Translations under genes and position numbers: made by a program | Shown: piece after piece, positions 1 to 13,454 of the stretch | Layout of the letters: every line of letters starts with the position of its first letter | Numbering within the stretch: position 1 is the first letter of the stretch | Notes under the pieces: generated by a model | Seen by the model: the letters and a program-made list of their open reading frames with translations, nothing else | The model's database searches: none | Told to the model about the DNA's origin: nothing | Assembly (NCBI GenBank): GCA_014905635.1 | Contig: CM026547.1 | Span: 2,046,001 to 2,110,000 of the forward strand | Origin: Scenedesmus sp. PABB004 | Lineage: Eukaryota | DNA length: 64,000 nucleotides | Reading direction: 5' to 3'

Positions 1-3000
1 ACCGCCCGGCGCTCGTGGAGCGGCTCATGGCCATGTGGCTGCCGGCCGCGGGGGAGGGCGCGGCCGCCGCGGGCTCCAGCTCGGCAGCGGCGGCCGCCGC
101 CGCTCCGCCGCCCGGCGGCGACGCCTTCACGCCCGCGCGCCTGCTGCTCCTCCTGCTGCACAAGGACGGCACGTGCCGCAAGGTCGCGGCGGACCAGGGC
201 CTCGTGCCGCGCGTGCTTGCGCGCCTGCAGTCGTGGCAGGCGGGCTACAAGGCGGACGTCGCGGCGTACGAGGCCGGCGGCCGCGCTCCCGGCGCCGCGA
301 GGGCGCTCGAGGTGCCCGCGTGGGTCGAGGCGGCGCTCATGCTGCTGGACCTCTGCGCCACAACCTCACCCAGGGCCGCCGCCGGCGCCGTACGCGCGCG
401 GGGCGGCCCGTGGCGGCCACCGCCGCCGCGGCGGCGAGGACCGCGGCGGCGAGGACCACGGCGGCGGTCGCCAACGCGGCAGCGGCGGTGCGCTCGGCGC
501 TGGAGGCGGCCGAGGGCGCAGCGCCCGCGGCCGCGGGGGCAGCCGAGGGCGCCGCGGCGCGCCCGGCGGACGCCGATGCCGGCGCAGCGCCCGCGGCGGA
601 GCGCGGGGGCGGCGACGAGCCGATGGCGGACCAGCAGCCGGCCGCGCCTGCCGGTGCGCAAGCCGCTGGCGGCGAGGTCGGCGACGAGGGCGCGGCTGGC
701 GCGCCGGCCGAGGCTGACGCCGGCGGCGTGCGCCTGCCGCCAGAGCTGGCGGGCCTCTCGGGCCTGAGCAGCGTGCTGGCGAGCTGGCGGCCCTGCGGGC
801 TGCTGGACGAGGAGCAGCAGGCGGCGGCGACGGCGCTGTGCATGGCGCTGCTGCAGCAGCTGCACGACCACGCCGACGCGTGGGAGCGCCCATCGACGAG
901 CATGTTTGAGGCCGACGGCTCGCTGCCCAACCCCAGCGCCGTGACGCAGGCGCTGCTTGGCCTGCTGGGCCACCTCACGCGGCGCCACGCCAACGCGCAG
1001 GCCGTGCTGGCGGCGGGCGGGCACCGGCTGCTGCTGTCGCTGCCGGCGGCGTGCCTGTCGCCGGCCATCAGCCGCGTCGAGCCGCTCATCGGCGGCGTGC
1101 TGCGGCACCTGCTGGAGGACCCGGTCACGCTGGAGGGCTGGATGGAGGCGGAGATAAAAAACAGCATGAGCGCCAAGCACGCGCTGCGCGACGCCTACGC
1201 GGCGCGCGCGCCACCGGGCCAGCCCAACGCGACGTCCAGGTGCGGGCGGCGGCGGCCGGGGCGCGGCGCGGCGGCGCGCCGCGCCGCGCAGCGCGCAGCG
1301 CGCGGGGCGGGCGCGGGCGTGGCGCGCCCGCGGCACGCCCCGGCTCACGGCGCACGCGCTGCGCCGCGCGGTGGGCGCAGGTGGCTGAGCGTGGGCAGCT
1401 TCCTGTCTGTGATGTCGACCCTCATTGCGCGCGAGCCCTCGGTCTTCCTGCAGGCCGTGGCGCGCACCTGCACGCTTGACAGCGCGCGGGGCGAGCCCAT
1501 GGTGCGCCTCAAGACGCAGCGCGAGGCGTTGCAGCCGCCGCAGCAGCCCGCGCCGCCCGGTGGCGACGCGCCGCCGCAGGCGGCGGCGTCGCTGGCGGCA
1601 CGCCGCCGCCGCCCTCGGCGGCGGCCCGCAGCGCGGCGCCGGGCGGCGGCGACGCAGCGGGCACGCCGCGCGCGGGCGAGGCCGGCGCGCGCGCGTCGCA
1701 GCGGCACAGCCGCAAGCTCGTGCCGGGCAGCTTTGTGGAGGTGGTCGACGCGCTGCTGGACGTGGTGCTCAGCTACCAGGGCGCGCCGCGCGCGGGGCAG
1801 GGCGGCCAGCAGCAGCTGGGCGAGCCCGCCGGCGCGGCGGCCATGGAGCTCGACGCCGCGCCGCCCGCGCCCGCGGCGGCGCCGGCCGGCAGCGCGCAGG
1901 AGCTCTCGCCGCTGCCGGCGGACCTGCTGCTGCGCCGGCTGAGCCCGCTGGTGCGCGAGGTGGGGCTGGCGTCGCTCGTGCTGCGCCTGCTGGCCGACTA
2001 CTGCCTGCTGTTCAACAGCAGCGTGGGCCTGCTGCTTAAGCGCGACAGCGAGTGCGCGCCCGGCGACGCGCGCACGGCGCTGCAGCACCCCCACGCCCAC
2101 GGCCACGCCACGCCCGGCGGCGAGGGCAAGGCGCCCGGCGGCGCGCGGCGCAGCAGCGGGCGGCACCACAGCAGCAGCAGCGGCGGCGGCGGCGGCGCCG
2201 GCGCGCGGCCGGGCGCTGGGGCGGACCCGCACCGCGCGGGCGTCGTGCTGCGGCACATCATGGCGGTGCAGCTCGTGGACGGGCCCAGCAGCGCGCCCGC
2301 GGGCACCAGCAGCGTGGCGGCCAACGCCTCTGCGCTGCTGCAGGCGGTGTGCATCCGGTCCGGCGAGGGCCGGCGCCGCATCCTGAGCGAGCTCGTGGCC
2401 ACGCTCAGCGCCGGCGCCGGCGGCGGCCAGCAGCAGCCGGCCGCTGCGGCGCCGGCTGGGTCGCAGCTGCCGTACGTGTGCAGGCCGGGCGGGCCGTCGC
2501 CAGCGCAGGTGTGTGGCCGTGGGTGGGCGTGGGGGAGTGGGCATGAGCCCGCTCAGGCGAAGCCCTTCCGCTGCCTGCCGCGCGCGGCAGACGGCGGCTG
2601 CGACAGCGCGCCAGCCTGCGCGGAGGCGCCCCCGCGCGCCGCCCACCCGCCGGCTCCGCCCGCCGCCCGCCGACGCCAGGTGGCTGCGTGCGTCAACCTG
2701 ATGGGCGCCCTGGTGCAGAGCGGCAGCACCGCCCCGGGCGTGTCGCGCACCGACCCGCGCCAGGCGGCCAGCAGCACCATGCCGCTCGAGGTGTTGCGCG
2801 CGATGCGCGAAGCGGGCGCGGTCAAGGCGCTGGCGCAGGCGCTGACGCTGGTCAACACAGGGCACCCGCAGGTGGGGCGCCGGGGAAGGGGGGAGGGGGC
2901 TGCCCAGCGCCAGCCCTCTGCCTGGCGCCGCTGTGCGGCGCCAGCCTCGCCCTGCGGCGGGCGGCCGAGCGCGCCACCGCGCGCCCCTGTCCCCCTCCCT

Positions 3001-3580
3001 CATCCCCGCCCCGCCAGGCCAAGGACGCGCTGAACGCCATCCTCAAGCCCCTCGAGGTGCTCACGCGCCCCCTGCCCAAGGCCCCGCCGCCGCCTGACGC
3101 GCCAGCAGCAGCAGCTGTGCCGGCGCCGGGGCAGGCGGCCGGCGCGGACCAGGCAGCCAGGCGCGGCGCCGCGCGCCCGAGCGCGGCCGCGGGCGCAGGC
3201 GGCGGCGCGACGCCCGCGGCGGCCAGGCCTGGCCGGGGCGCTGCGCCCAGCACGCCCGCGGCGCCCGCGGCCGACGCGGGCGCGCTGCACCGCGGCGCGG
3301 CAGCCGGCGCCGCCACGCCGCGCGAGGGCGCTGCGGGCGCGGCCGGCCGCTCCAGCGGCGAGTCCGGCGGCAGCGGCGGGCGCGCCGCGATGGAGGAGGA
3401 CGCGCAGCAGCACCACGCCCACACGCCGGCCGCGGGCGAGGAGGCGGCCGGGCCCGACGCGCTCGCGGCGGCCGGGCGCTTTGTCGGCGGCGGCGCGGGC
3501 GGCGCGGCGGCGGCGCCGGCGGCGGCGGGCTGCTGCCCCACCACCTCATGGAGCAGCTGGTGGACATTGAGGTGGAGCTG

Positions 3581-3611
<31 letters not shown>

Positions 3612-6600
3612 TCGACGACAGCGGCGACAGCGACACGGAGCACTCCGACGACGACATGGACGACGGCGACGCCGCGCCGGGCGACACCGAGGAGCACGGC
3701 GAGGACGGCGAGCACGGTGAGGGCATGAGCTCGCCCAGCCTCACGGAGGACGAGGACGGCAGCGACGTGCACGGTGCGCCGCCGCGCCGGCCGTGCCCGC
3801 GCCAGCGCAGACGCGGCACGCCCCGGCCGGCCGCAGGCGCGGCACGCGCTGCCCGCGCCCGCGCCGACCGCGGCCGCCCGCACGCGCAGGGGAGAGCGAG
3901 GAGGGTGGCCTGCTGCTGCCGCACGGCGGCGCCTTCATCGACGCGGGCGCCGCGGCGGCGGCCAACGGCGGCCCGGGGCACGCGCTCGACGCGCTCGACA
4001 GCGACGACGACGACGACGAGGGCCACGCCGGGCACGGCTTTGACGAGGGCGCGCTGCTGCTGCCCGACGACGTCGAGCTGCACCACATGATGCCGCCAGC
4101 CCTCGACGGCCACGCCCAGGAGGTGCGCTTGGCCTCGCCGCCGCCGCCGCCGCTGGCGCTGCCGCCGCGGGGCGCCGACCCGCCGCGCCGCCGCGCCGCG
4201 CCGCGCCACCGCGCCGCGCCGCGCGCAGGACGGCGTCGTGGTTGACCCGCTGGACGACGAGGTTGAGGAGGAGGAGGAGGAGGAGGAGGAGGATGAGTAC
4301 CTTGACGAGGAGGCGAGCGACGACGAGGAGGGCTGGGCCGACGGCGACGGCCTGCCGGGGGCGTTTGACCACGTCGGCGGCGGCCGCGGCCTGCCCGGCG
4401 GCTGGGCGGCGATGGAGGGCCTGGATGAGCTCCCGCCCTCGCTGCTCATGCACCCGGGGCACGGCTTTGGCCGCCTGCCGGGCGGGCGGCGGCTGAACAT
4501 GTTCCGCCCCAGCCCCGGCGGCGCCGGCGCGGGCGTGTGGGACGACGCCGACGCGGGCGACGCGGCGCAGGACGCGCTGCTCGGCGGAGGTGCGCGGCGC
4601 GGGGTCGGCGGCGGGGGCGGGCGCGGGCGCGGGGCGGCGCGCGCTGGCCTGGACCGCGCCACACCGAGCCGCCCCCGCCGCTGCCCTGCGGCGCCGCGCC
4701 GCGCCGCGCAGCCCCCGTGCTGACCATGCAGATGCTGCTGTCCCAGCTCGGCCTGCAGGCGGGCGGCGGCGGCGGCGTGGCGCTCGTCGGGCCCAACGGC
4801 CGCGCGATGCGCCTGTCCGGCACGCTCTCGGTCGAGGGCGGCGACGCCAGCGGCGGCGGGCGCGGCCCGGGCAGCGACGCGGTGAGCGGCGCCATCATCT
4901 CGGCGATGCAGTCCCTCACGCTGCAGCTGCTGCCGTCGCAGCACCGCCTGCTGGCGCTGCCGCCGCGGCTGCCCGCGTCGGAGAGCGCCGCGCTGCTCGC
5001 GTCGGCCGGCGGCGCGGCGGCGCCGGCGCCCGGCGACGCGGCGGGCGGGGCCTGCGCGGCCAGGCGAGCCACGTCAACGCGCTGACGCGGCTCCTGAGCC
5101 GCATGCCCGACGGCGGCGGCGCGTACGGGCGCGACCGCTCCGGGCGCATGGCCGTGCGCGGCACCGGCGGCCTGCTGCTGGGCGGCGGCGGGCTGCTGCA
5201 GTCGCCCGCCAACTTCCTGCAGAGCGTCGAGCTGCTGCAGGCGGCGGGCGGCCTGGGCGGCGGCGGCGGCGGCATGCTGGCCGACCTCGACAGCACGGTG
5301 TGGGACGAGGCGGTCAGCCAGCTGCTGGACGCGCTCGGCCCGGGGGGCCCCGCGCGGCAGCGCATGGGCCTCTCGGTGCAGGGCCCCGCGCGCAGCGGCG
5401 CCGGCGCCGACGACGCCGGCCTGGACCCACGTGAGCGCCACCGGGGCGCGCGCTGGGGGCTGCGCGGCGCGCGCCCGCGCGCCGCATCCGCTCGCACGCA
5501 GCAGCGCTCACGCGGGCTGCGGCCGCCGCCACGCGCAGGGTCGCTGGAGTCGCAGCTGCTGTCGCTGCTGCGCAGCCAGGCGCCGCCCGCGCCGGCAGCG
5601 CCGCCAGCAGCGCAGGAGGCTGTGCCTGGCGACGCGGCGGCGCCAGCGCAGCCAGCCACGGCAGCCGCAGATGCGGCCGAGGCCGGCGGCGGTGCGGCTG
5701 CGCTCGCCGCGGGCCCCGTGGCCGCGCCCAGCGCGGCAGCGGCTGCGACGGCGCCCGTGCCGCCGGCGGCCACGCCGGCGGCGGCCGTGGCGCCGTCGGC
5801 CGCGCCGGGCAGCTCCGCCCGGGCGGGCGGGGCGCGGCGCATGCTGACGGAGGACGTCTTTGCCGCCGCGTTTGAGGCGGCCATGCGGGACGACCCCATC
5901 CCGCCGCCGGCGCGGGGCGCGCCGGCCGCGCAGGCGGCGGCCCAGGAGGAGGCCCCGCCCGCGGGCGACATCGCCTCGCACCCCGTGGACGTGACGCCCT
6001 CCGCGCCGGGCTCCCCGTCGGGCGCCGCCGGGCAGGCGCCCGCGCAGATGGACACGGAGGACGCCGGCCAGCCCTCGCCCCGCGCCGCGGCGTCGCCGGA
6101 CGCGCCCGACGCGCCGGCCGACATGGAGGCCGAGGGCGCGGGCGCAGACGGCGGCGGCGGCGCGCTGCACGAGGCGCTGCGCGAGGCGGCCGCGGCGGCT
6201 GAGATCGACCTCGCCTTCCTGGAGGCGCTGCCGGAGGAGCTGCGCGTGGAGGTGCTCGCCGCGCGCGGCGTCGAGGTGCACCTGCCGCAGCCCGCCGGCG
6301 CCGCGCCGCCAGCAGCGGCGCCAGCGCCGCCCTCGGCCGAGGCGGCGCCCCGGCCGAGCGCGCCGCGCCGGCTGAGCCGGCGGCCGCCGAGGCGGGCGGC
6401 GCGGGCGCCGCGCCGGCGCCCGCCGCGGCTGGCGACGCCGCGGCCGCCGCGTCGGAGGCAGCGGCCGCCGGCGCGGGCAGCGGCGCGCCCGGCGGCGGCG
6501 GCGCGCCCGGCGGCGCGCCGGAGCCGGGCGAGGCGGGCATCGACCCCGAGTTCCTGGCGGCGCTGCCCGAGGACATCCGGGAGGAGGTGCTGGCGCAGCA

Positions 6601-9600
6601 GCGCGCGGAGCAGCGCGCCCGCGCGCGGCCGCCGCGCGCGCGGCGGCGGCGCGGCAGCAGGACATGAACCTGGCGGACCTGCTGGCGGCGATGCCGGACG
6701 ACGCGCGTGCCGACGCGTTCACGCAGCTCGATGACGGCGCGCTCGCGCAGCTGCCCGCGCAGGTGACGCGCGGGGCGGGCGGGGCGCGCCCGCCGCGGCG
6801 CCTGCCGCCGCGGGGCTGCTGGCAACGCGTGCGCCGCGCCCCTGCACTCACGGCCCCCACCCACCACCCGCCCACGCCCGCGCCCGCCCGCAGATGCGCG
6901 CGCAGGCGCAGGCGCTGCGGGAGCGCGCGGTGCGGCAGATGCAGCAGGCGCAGCAGGCGGCGCAGCACCAGCAGGCCGCGGCGGCCGGCATGCAGCAGGC
7001 GGCCGATTTCCCGATGTGGCGGCCGCTAGTGGACGGCCCGCTCGGCGGCGGGCCGGGGCGCATGGCGCTGCCGCTGCTGGGGCCCAACGGCCTGCCGCTT
7101 GGCGGCGGGCGCGGCACCTTTGTGAGCGTCTCCGCCGCGCTCGGCGCTGGCCGCGGCGGGCGCGGCGGCGCGTCGCGCGCGGAGCTGCTCGAGGCAGCGG
7201 CGCGGCGCGAGGCGGAGCCGGAGGGCCCGCCCGTGCTGGAGGAGCCGGAGCTGGCGGTGCTGGTTCAGCTGCTGCGCGTGAGCCTGCCGCTGAGCAAGGC
7301 GCACCTGCAGAAGCTGCTGCTCAACCTCGCGGGGCACAGCGTCACGCGGCAGTGCCTGCTGAGCATGCTGCTCGGCCTCGTCCGCGGCCTGCCCGGCGCG
7401 GCGGCCGGCGGCGGCGAGGCCGACGAGCAGCTGGGCGACGCTGGCGAGGCGGGGCGGGCGGCATGGACGTCGCGTCCGACGACGAGCGCGGCGCGCCGCC
7501 GCCCCGCGACCTCGCGGCCGCGCTCGACGCGGCCGTGCCGGCGCCGGCCGAGCCGGGCGCGGGCGGCGCGGGCTCGCCGCTGGGCGGCGGCGCTGGCGGC
7601 AAGCCGGCGGTGGTCGCGCGGCGCGTGCTGGACATGCTGGCCTTCCTCGCGCGGCACAGCGACAGCGTGTCGCGCCAGCTGCTCAGCCTGCGCGCGCCCG
7701 CGGCGCCGCCGCCGCCGCGCGCCGGCGACAAGGGCAAGGCGCCCGCGGCGCCCGCGGGCGGCGCGGCGCCCGAGCCGCGCGCGGTGGAGGTCCTGCTGGG
7801 CCTGCTGGCGGCGCCGCTGTGCCAGCGGAGCGTGAGCCTGCTGGAGCAGCTCATGCTGCTGCTGGAGGTGGTGCTCATGAGCGTGCAGCGCCACGACGCA
7901 GCGCAGGCCGTGCTGCAGTCCGTGCGCAGGCAGAGGGAGCTGGAGGCGGCGGCCGCCGAGCGCCGCAAGCAGCAGCAGCAGGCGGCGGCGACGGCGGCGG
8001 CGTCGGAGCAGGCGGCGGTGCAGGAAGCAGCAGCGGACGCTGGCCAGGCGGGCCAGCAGCAGCCAGAGCAGGCACCACCGCAGCAGGCGGCGGCAGCCGC
8101 TGGCGGCAGCGAGCAGCCAGCACCGCCGGGGCTGGCCCCAGGCGCTGCGCCGTCGCAGCAGCAGGAGCAGCAGCAGCAGCAGCAGCAGCAGCCGGCGTCC
8201 ACGCCCTTCCAGGCGGCGGCGGGCGCGCAGGAGCAGCAGTCGGCGGCCAAGGCGGCAGAGCCGCCGCCGCCCGGCGAGCTCGCGAGCACGCTTGCCAGCA
8301 TACCGGCGCCGCTGCTGTCGCAGCTGCCGGGGCTGCTGGCGGCCGAGTCGCTGAGCGAGCCGGCGTACGTGAGCGTGGCCAAGGTGATCAAGCTCGTGGT
8401 CGAGGCCGCGCCGGCGCGCCTGCCGCTCATGCTGGGCGTGCTCGTGGACGGCGTGGCGGGCGTGGGCGCGACGCTGCTCACCTGCCTCGACGCCGCGGCG
8501 GCCAAGGGCATCGACGCCGACGCGGAGCTCGCACCCACGATCGGCACCAAGAGCGGCGTCGTGCTGCGCATGCTGCACGCGCTGCAGGGTTTCCAGGCCG
8601 AGGTCGCCGCGTGGGCAGAGGCGCAGCAGCAGGAGCAGCGGGAGCGGGAGCGGGAGACGCAGCAGCAGGCGGGCGCCGCCGGGGCGGCGGCCGCGCGGCG
8701 GCCGCGGCGGGCGTGGCGTCGAGCAGCGCCGCGGCCGGCAGCAGCGCCGCGGCCGGCAGCAGTGCCGCGGCCGGCAGCAGCGCCAGCGCGGCGCCGCCGA
8801 GCAGCCTGGACCCCGCCGCGGCGGTGGCGGAGGTCGAGGGTGCCGTCGCGCTCATCGCGGCGCGCACGGCGCCGCTGTGGGCGAGCCTGAGCGCCGCCAT
8901 CCTGCGCGTCGAGGACAACCTGCGCGCGGTGCTGCCCGCGCACGGCATGGCCGGCGGCGAGACCGCCGGCAGCGCGGCGGCGCGGCTGCTGCCGCCCGGC
9001 GCGCAGCAGGTGCTGCCGCTGGTGGAGGCGTTCTTCGTGCTGTGCGCGCTGCGCAAGGCCATCCCGTCGCCGCCCAGCCAGGCCAAGGACCTACTCGCGG
9101 CGCCCAGCCTCGACGCGCACGCGCTCGGCGGCGGCGGCGGCGGCGGCGAGCCCGCCGGCAGCGGCGACGGCGCGCGCGGCACGCCGCCGCCGGGCACGCC
9201 CGCGGGCGCGCTGCGCCGGCTCGGCTCCGCCGCACCCGAGGGCGACGCGGGGTCGGCGCCGTTCCTGCGCTTTGCGGAGCGCCACCGGCGGCTGCTCAAC
9301 GCCTACATCCGGCGCCACACGGGCCTGCTGGAGAGCTCGCTCGCGCCGCTGCTGCGCGCGCCGCGGCTCATCGACTTTGACAACAAGCGCGCCTACTTCA
9401 GGTGGGGCGTGCGTGCGTGTGTGTGTGTGTGGGGGGGGGGGGAGGCTGTGGGGGGCTGGGGGCGCCGCAGCCCGCCCGCCGGCGCTCGACGCGCGCTCAC
9501 GCTGCCCGCCGCCGCCGCGTCCGCCGCCGCCGCGGGCGCGCGCGCAGGTCCAAGGTTCGCTCGCCCGACGAGCGCAGCTACGCGGGCAGCCTGCGGCTGG

Positions 9601-11115
9601 TGGTGAAGCGGAGCGCCGTGTTTGAGGACTCCTTCAACCGCCTGCGCGGCAAGAGCGCGGCGGAGATGCGGGGCAAGCTGAGCGTGTCGTTTGTGGGCGA
9701 GGAGGGCATCGACGCGGGCGGCGTGAGCCGCGAGTGGTACCAGGTCATGGCGCGGGAGATCTTCAACCCCAACCTCGCGCTCTTTGTGAGCGTGCCCGAG
9801 GGCGGGACGACCTTCCAGCCCAACCCCGCGAGCGTCGTGCAGAGCGCGCCGGGCGTGAGCCACCTCGAGTTCTTCACCTTTGTCGGCCGCCTCGTCGGCA
9901 AGGCGCTGCACGACGGCCAGATGCTGGACGCCTACTTCACGCGCTCCTTCTACAAGCACATGCTCGGCGCGCCGCTCACGCACGAGGACATCGAGGCGGT
10001 CGACCCCGAGTACTACAAGAACCTGCGCTGGATGCTGGAGCACGACATCACGGACGTCCTCGACCTCACCTTCACCGCAGAGTCAGACTTCTTCGGACGC
10101 ACCGAGGTGCGCGGCAGGGCACGCGCCAGGACGCGGCGGCGCGGCATGGCGCGCGTGCGCATGCTCGCACCGCGGCGCGGCGCGGCGCCCGACGCGCGCG
10201 ACCGCCCCGCCCCGCCCCCGCGCGCCGCGCAGGTGATCGAGCTGGTGCCGGGCGGGCGCGAGGTCAAGGTGACTGAGGCCAACAAGCACGCGTACGTCAA
10301 CCTCATTGCCCGGCACCGCATGACCACCAGCATCCGCGCACAGATCCAGGTGCGGCCCCGCCCGCCAGCGCGCGCGCCCACCGCCGCCCGCGCGCCGCCC
10401 GTCGCATCCTGCCCCCCCCCCCCTCCCCACACACAAGCACACTCACCTCCCCGCCCCGCCCCGCCCCGCCCCGCCCCGCCCCGCCCCGCCCCGCCCGCCC
10501 CGCCCCGCCCCGCCCCGCGCCCGGCCAGGCGTTCCTGGAGGGCTTCTGGCAGCTCGTGCCGCGGGCGCTGATCAGCATCTTCAACGACCACGAGCTCGAG
10601 CTCCTCATCAGCGGCCTGCCCGACATCGACGTCCCAGACCTGCGCGCCAACACCGAGTACAGCGGCTACACGCCCTCCAGCCCCGTCATTCAGTGGTTCT
10701 GGCAGGTCGTGGCAGACATGGACAAGCAGGACCTCGCGCTTCTGCTGCAGTTTGTCACAGGTGCGGCCCCACGGCTGCCGCGCCCGCGCGCCACGACGCG
10801 ACGCGGCGCGCGCGGGCGCCGCCGCTCCGCCGCCGCCACCGCGCGGGCCCTGACGCCGCGCGGCCTCTGACGCGCCCGCGCGCCTCGCCCGCAGGCACGA
10901 GCAAGGTCCCGCTGGGCGGCTTCCGCGCGCTGCAGGGCATCAGCGGGCCGCAGCGCTTTCAGATCCACAAGTCCTACGGCGCCACCGACCGCCTGCCCAG
11001 CGCGCACACGTGCTTCAACCAGCTCGACCTGCCGGAGTACGACTCCAAGGACCAGCTCGCGGAGCGCCTCGCCATGGCCATCCACGAGGGACACGAGGGC
11101 TTCGGCTTCGGCTGA
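1..11115 (+). CDS. UPL1: HECT E3 ubiquitin ligase, UPL1/HUWE1 family (5'-truncated, multi-exon)
   Basis: HECT domain motifs: [53 protein letters not shown], and [16 protein letters not shown] (catalytic Cys), ending GFGFG* at 11115. Ubiquitin-binding repeats [14 protein letters not shown] and [14 protein letters not shown] at ~6200-6600. [10 protein letters not shown] motif and an acidic region. Several frameshifts in GC-rich exons. Confidence 0.95.
10449..10516. repeat. (CCCCG)n pentanucleotide microsatellite in a HECT-gene intron
   Basis: Visible ccccg tandem run. Confidence 0.85.
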
Positions 11116-11332
11116 GCCACCGCGGCGCGGCGCCGGCAGCGGGTGGGGCGCACTCGCAGCGGGTCGGCGGCAAGGCCGCGCGCTGGCCAAGCCAGCGGCG
11201 GCTGGGTGGGTGGGGCGGCTGCGCCGCGCGGGGGGCAGGGAACCTAGAACCAGCATTCCCGCAGCGGAGGGAGGGGCGGCGGCTCTGCTTGACGAGTTGC
11301 TGCGCCCCTTGCAGGCCTGCACCTAGCACGCG

Positions 11333-11337
11333 TGTAA
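11333..11337 (+). promoter_or_regulatory. TGTAA chlorophyte poly(A) signal for the HECT gene
   Basis: TGTAA ~220 nt after the stop codon; established green-algal poly(A) signal. Confidence 0.6.
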
Positions 11338-11399
11338 GCTTTTTTCGGCGTCTCCGCGACCGCGCGCGCACCGACGCCGACGCGCCCCGGCACTCTGAT

Positions 11400-11404
11400 T
11401 TACA
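11400..11404 (-). promoter_or_regulatory. TGTAA poly(A) signal for the NAD kinase gene
   Basis: ttaca on the + strand, ~100 nt past the NADK stop. Confidence 0.6.
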
Positions 11405-11501
11405 GGTCACACCTGCGCCTGCGATTGAATTTGCTCCCCGCCCCGAGCTCGATCGCGACCGGCGCGCGCGTCGTCGCAGCGCGCGCCCTGCTGCCGCGTC
11501 C

Positions 11502-13454
11502 CTAGCCCAGCCCCGTCTGCGCCGCCCGCCTGGCCTTGGCCCTGATCGTGGAGTTCCAGCCGAGCTGCGCCGCGGCGCGGGCGGCGGGCGGCGGAGCTGA
11601 GCGGCGCGGCGCGACGGAGGCACGGCGGCCGCGCGCGCGCCACGCGCCTTGTCTGTGATGCCGCCGATCCAGTCGGTGTCGAGGGCGCCGATGTTTATGA
11701 GCGGCAGCGGGCACAGCGACGACTTGAACTCCACGGCGCCGCCCTTGGCGATGCGCACGGGGTGCTTGCCGTCGAACGAGGCGCGCGCGTGGCAGCGGCT
11801 GTTTGATGGCAGGCGCACCAGGACGTCGGCTGTCTCGGGCAGGATCAGAGGACGGAAGGAGAGGCTGTGCGGCGAGAGCGGTGTGAGCAGGGTGCAGGGC
11901 ACGCTCGGCGCGACCATGCTGCCTCCTGGCGCGCGGGGGCGCGCGGGGCGGCGGGCGAGAGAGGGGCGGCAGGTATTGAGGAGGGGGTGAGGGGGGTGAG
12001 GGGCAGGGCCTGAGAGGGGGCGCCCGGGCTGGGCCGCCGCGCGGCCGCGGGTGACCTGCGGACATGGAGTAGGCGGTGCTGCCCGACGGCGTCGCGACGA
12101 TGAGGCCGTCCGCCTCTGCCGCGGTGAGCAGCGCGCCGTCGACGTAGATCTCTAGGAACACGCTCGACGGGAACGCGCCCCTGGCACGGCCCGCGACACG
12201 CGCGGCGCGGCGCAGCGCAGCGCGTGGGCGGGGCGCGCGTGGGCGGGGCGGGGCGCGTGGGCGCGGCGCGCGTGGGCGGGGCGCGTGGGCTGCGCGGCCC
12301 GGCCCGGCGGCGGCGCGCGCGCGGGCGGGCGCGCGGGCTGGGCGTGCGCCATGCGCGGGCTTCGCCCACCTGTCAACGACGCACTCGTTGAGCACGTGGT
12401 GCACGCGCAGCGCCTCGCCGCCCGGGCCGAGCACGGTGCAGCGCTTGCGCGTGCGCAGCGTGCAGAACAGCGGGTCGCGGTGCGCGGACAGCACGCGCGA
12501 GAGGTGCGCGGCGCGGTCGGCGACGTCAAAGGGCGTGAGGAAGCCGAGGCTGCACGGCGCGGGCGGGACCGGGGCGGGGCGGGCGGGGCGAGGTGAGGCC
12601 CGGGCGGGCCGGCCTGGGTGGGCAGGCACCGCCGCCCGTGGCGCACGCACGCGCCGCGCCGCCGCGCGGCCGCGCGCGCGCCTGCCCATGGCGAAGCACA
12701 TGACCGGCGGCAGCGGCGCGTCGGCGGCAAAGAGCGACGCGAGGTGCAGCACCGTGCCGTCGCCGCCGAGCGTGACCGCAAAGTCGACGGGCGGGCCGGC
12801 CGCGTCAAAGGGCGGCAGGCGGGGGAACTCCGCCTCCGCGACGCCGCGCTCGACCAGCACCTCCAGCCCCCGGTCCTGCAGCCACGCGGCCATGTCGGCC
12901 AGCGCCGCCGCCGCGGCGGGCACGCCCGGCTTCTTCACGATCAGCACGCGCCGCGGCCCACGCCCCTCCCACGCGACCATCGCGCGGCGCCGCAGGCGCA
13001 GCGCGGGGCTGTCGCTGAAGCGCACCGTCGCGCCGGCCACCAGCCCCCGCACGCCCTCGTCGCCCCCGTCCGCCGACACCGCCGCCGGCGAGCCGGGCGG
13101 CGGCCAGCCGCCGCTGCCGTTGCCGCCGGAGCCGCCGCTGGCCGTCGTCGCGCGCCGCCGCCGAGCAGCCGGCTGCGGCGGCGCGGCGCCGCCGCTCCTG
13201 CTTGCGGTGCCGCTCCGGCTCCGGCGCCGGCTGGGCGCCTGCTGCTGCGGCTGTGCCTGCTGCTGTGCCTGCTGCTGTGCCTGCTGCTGTGCCTGCTGCT
13301 GTGCCTGCTGCTGCTCCTCCCCCGGCTGCGCTGGCTGCGCTCGGCCGCGCGCCGCGGTCGCCGCGACGCCCCTGCCAGCGGCGCGCCCCGGGCGCCCGGC
13401 GACGCTCCGGGCGGCGCCGCAGCCGGACAGCGGCGATGCCGGGCGCAGCAGCAT
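11502..13454 (-). CDS. ATP-NAD kinase (multi-exon, probable organellar transit peptide)
   Basis: TLGGDGTVL, SLGFLTPF, VLNECVVDR, DGLIVATPSGSTAYSMSAG, LTPLSPHSLSFRPLILP and C-terminal KLGWN. Confidence 0.93.
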   Translation of the reverse strand: MLLRPASPLSGCGAARSVAGRPGRAAGRGVAATAARGRAQPAQPGEEQQQAQQQAQQQAQQQAQQQAQPQQQAPSRRRSRSGTASRSGGAAPPQPAARRRRATTASGGSGGNGSGGWPPPGSPAAVSADGGDEGVRGLVAGATVRFSDSPALRLRRRAMVAWEGRGPRRVLIVKKPGVPAAAAALADMAAWLQDRGLEVLVERGVAEAEFPRLPPFDAAGPPVDFAVTLGGDGTVLHLASLFAADAPLPPVMCFAMGRRARGRAAARRVRAPRAAVPAHPGRPARASPRPARPAPVPPAPCSLGFLTPFDVADRAAHLSRVLSAHRDPLFCTLRTRKRCTVLGPGGEALRVHHVLNECVVDRWAKPAHGARPARAPARARAAAGPGRAAHAPRPRAPRPRAPPRPRAPRPRAALRRAARVAGRARGAFPSSVFLEIYVDGALLTAAEADGLIVATPSGSTAYSMSAGHPRPRGGPARAPPLRPCPSPPSPPPQYLPPLSRPPPRAPPRARRQHGRAERALHPAHTALAAQPLLPSSDPARDSRRPGAPAIKQPLPRARLVRRQAPRAHRQGRRRGVQVVAVPAAAHKHRRPRHRLDRRHHRQGAWRARGRRASVAPRRSAPPPAARAAAQLGWNSTIRAKARRAAQTGLG

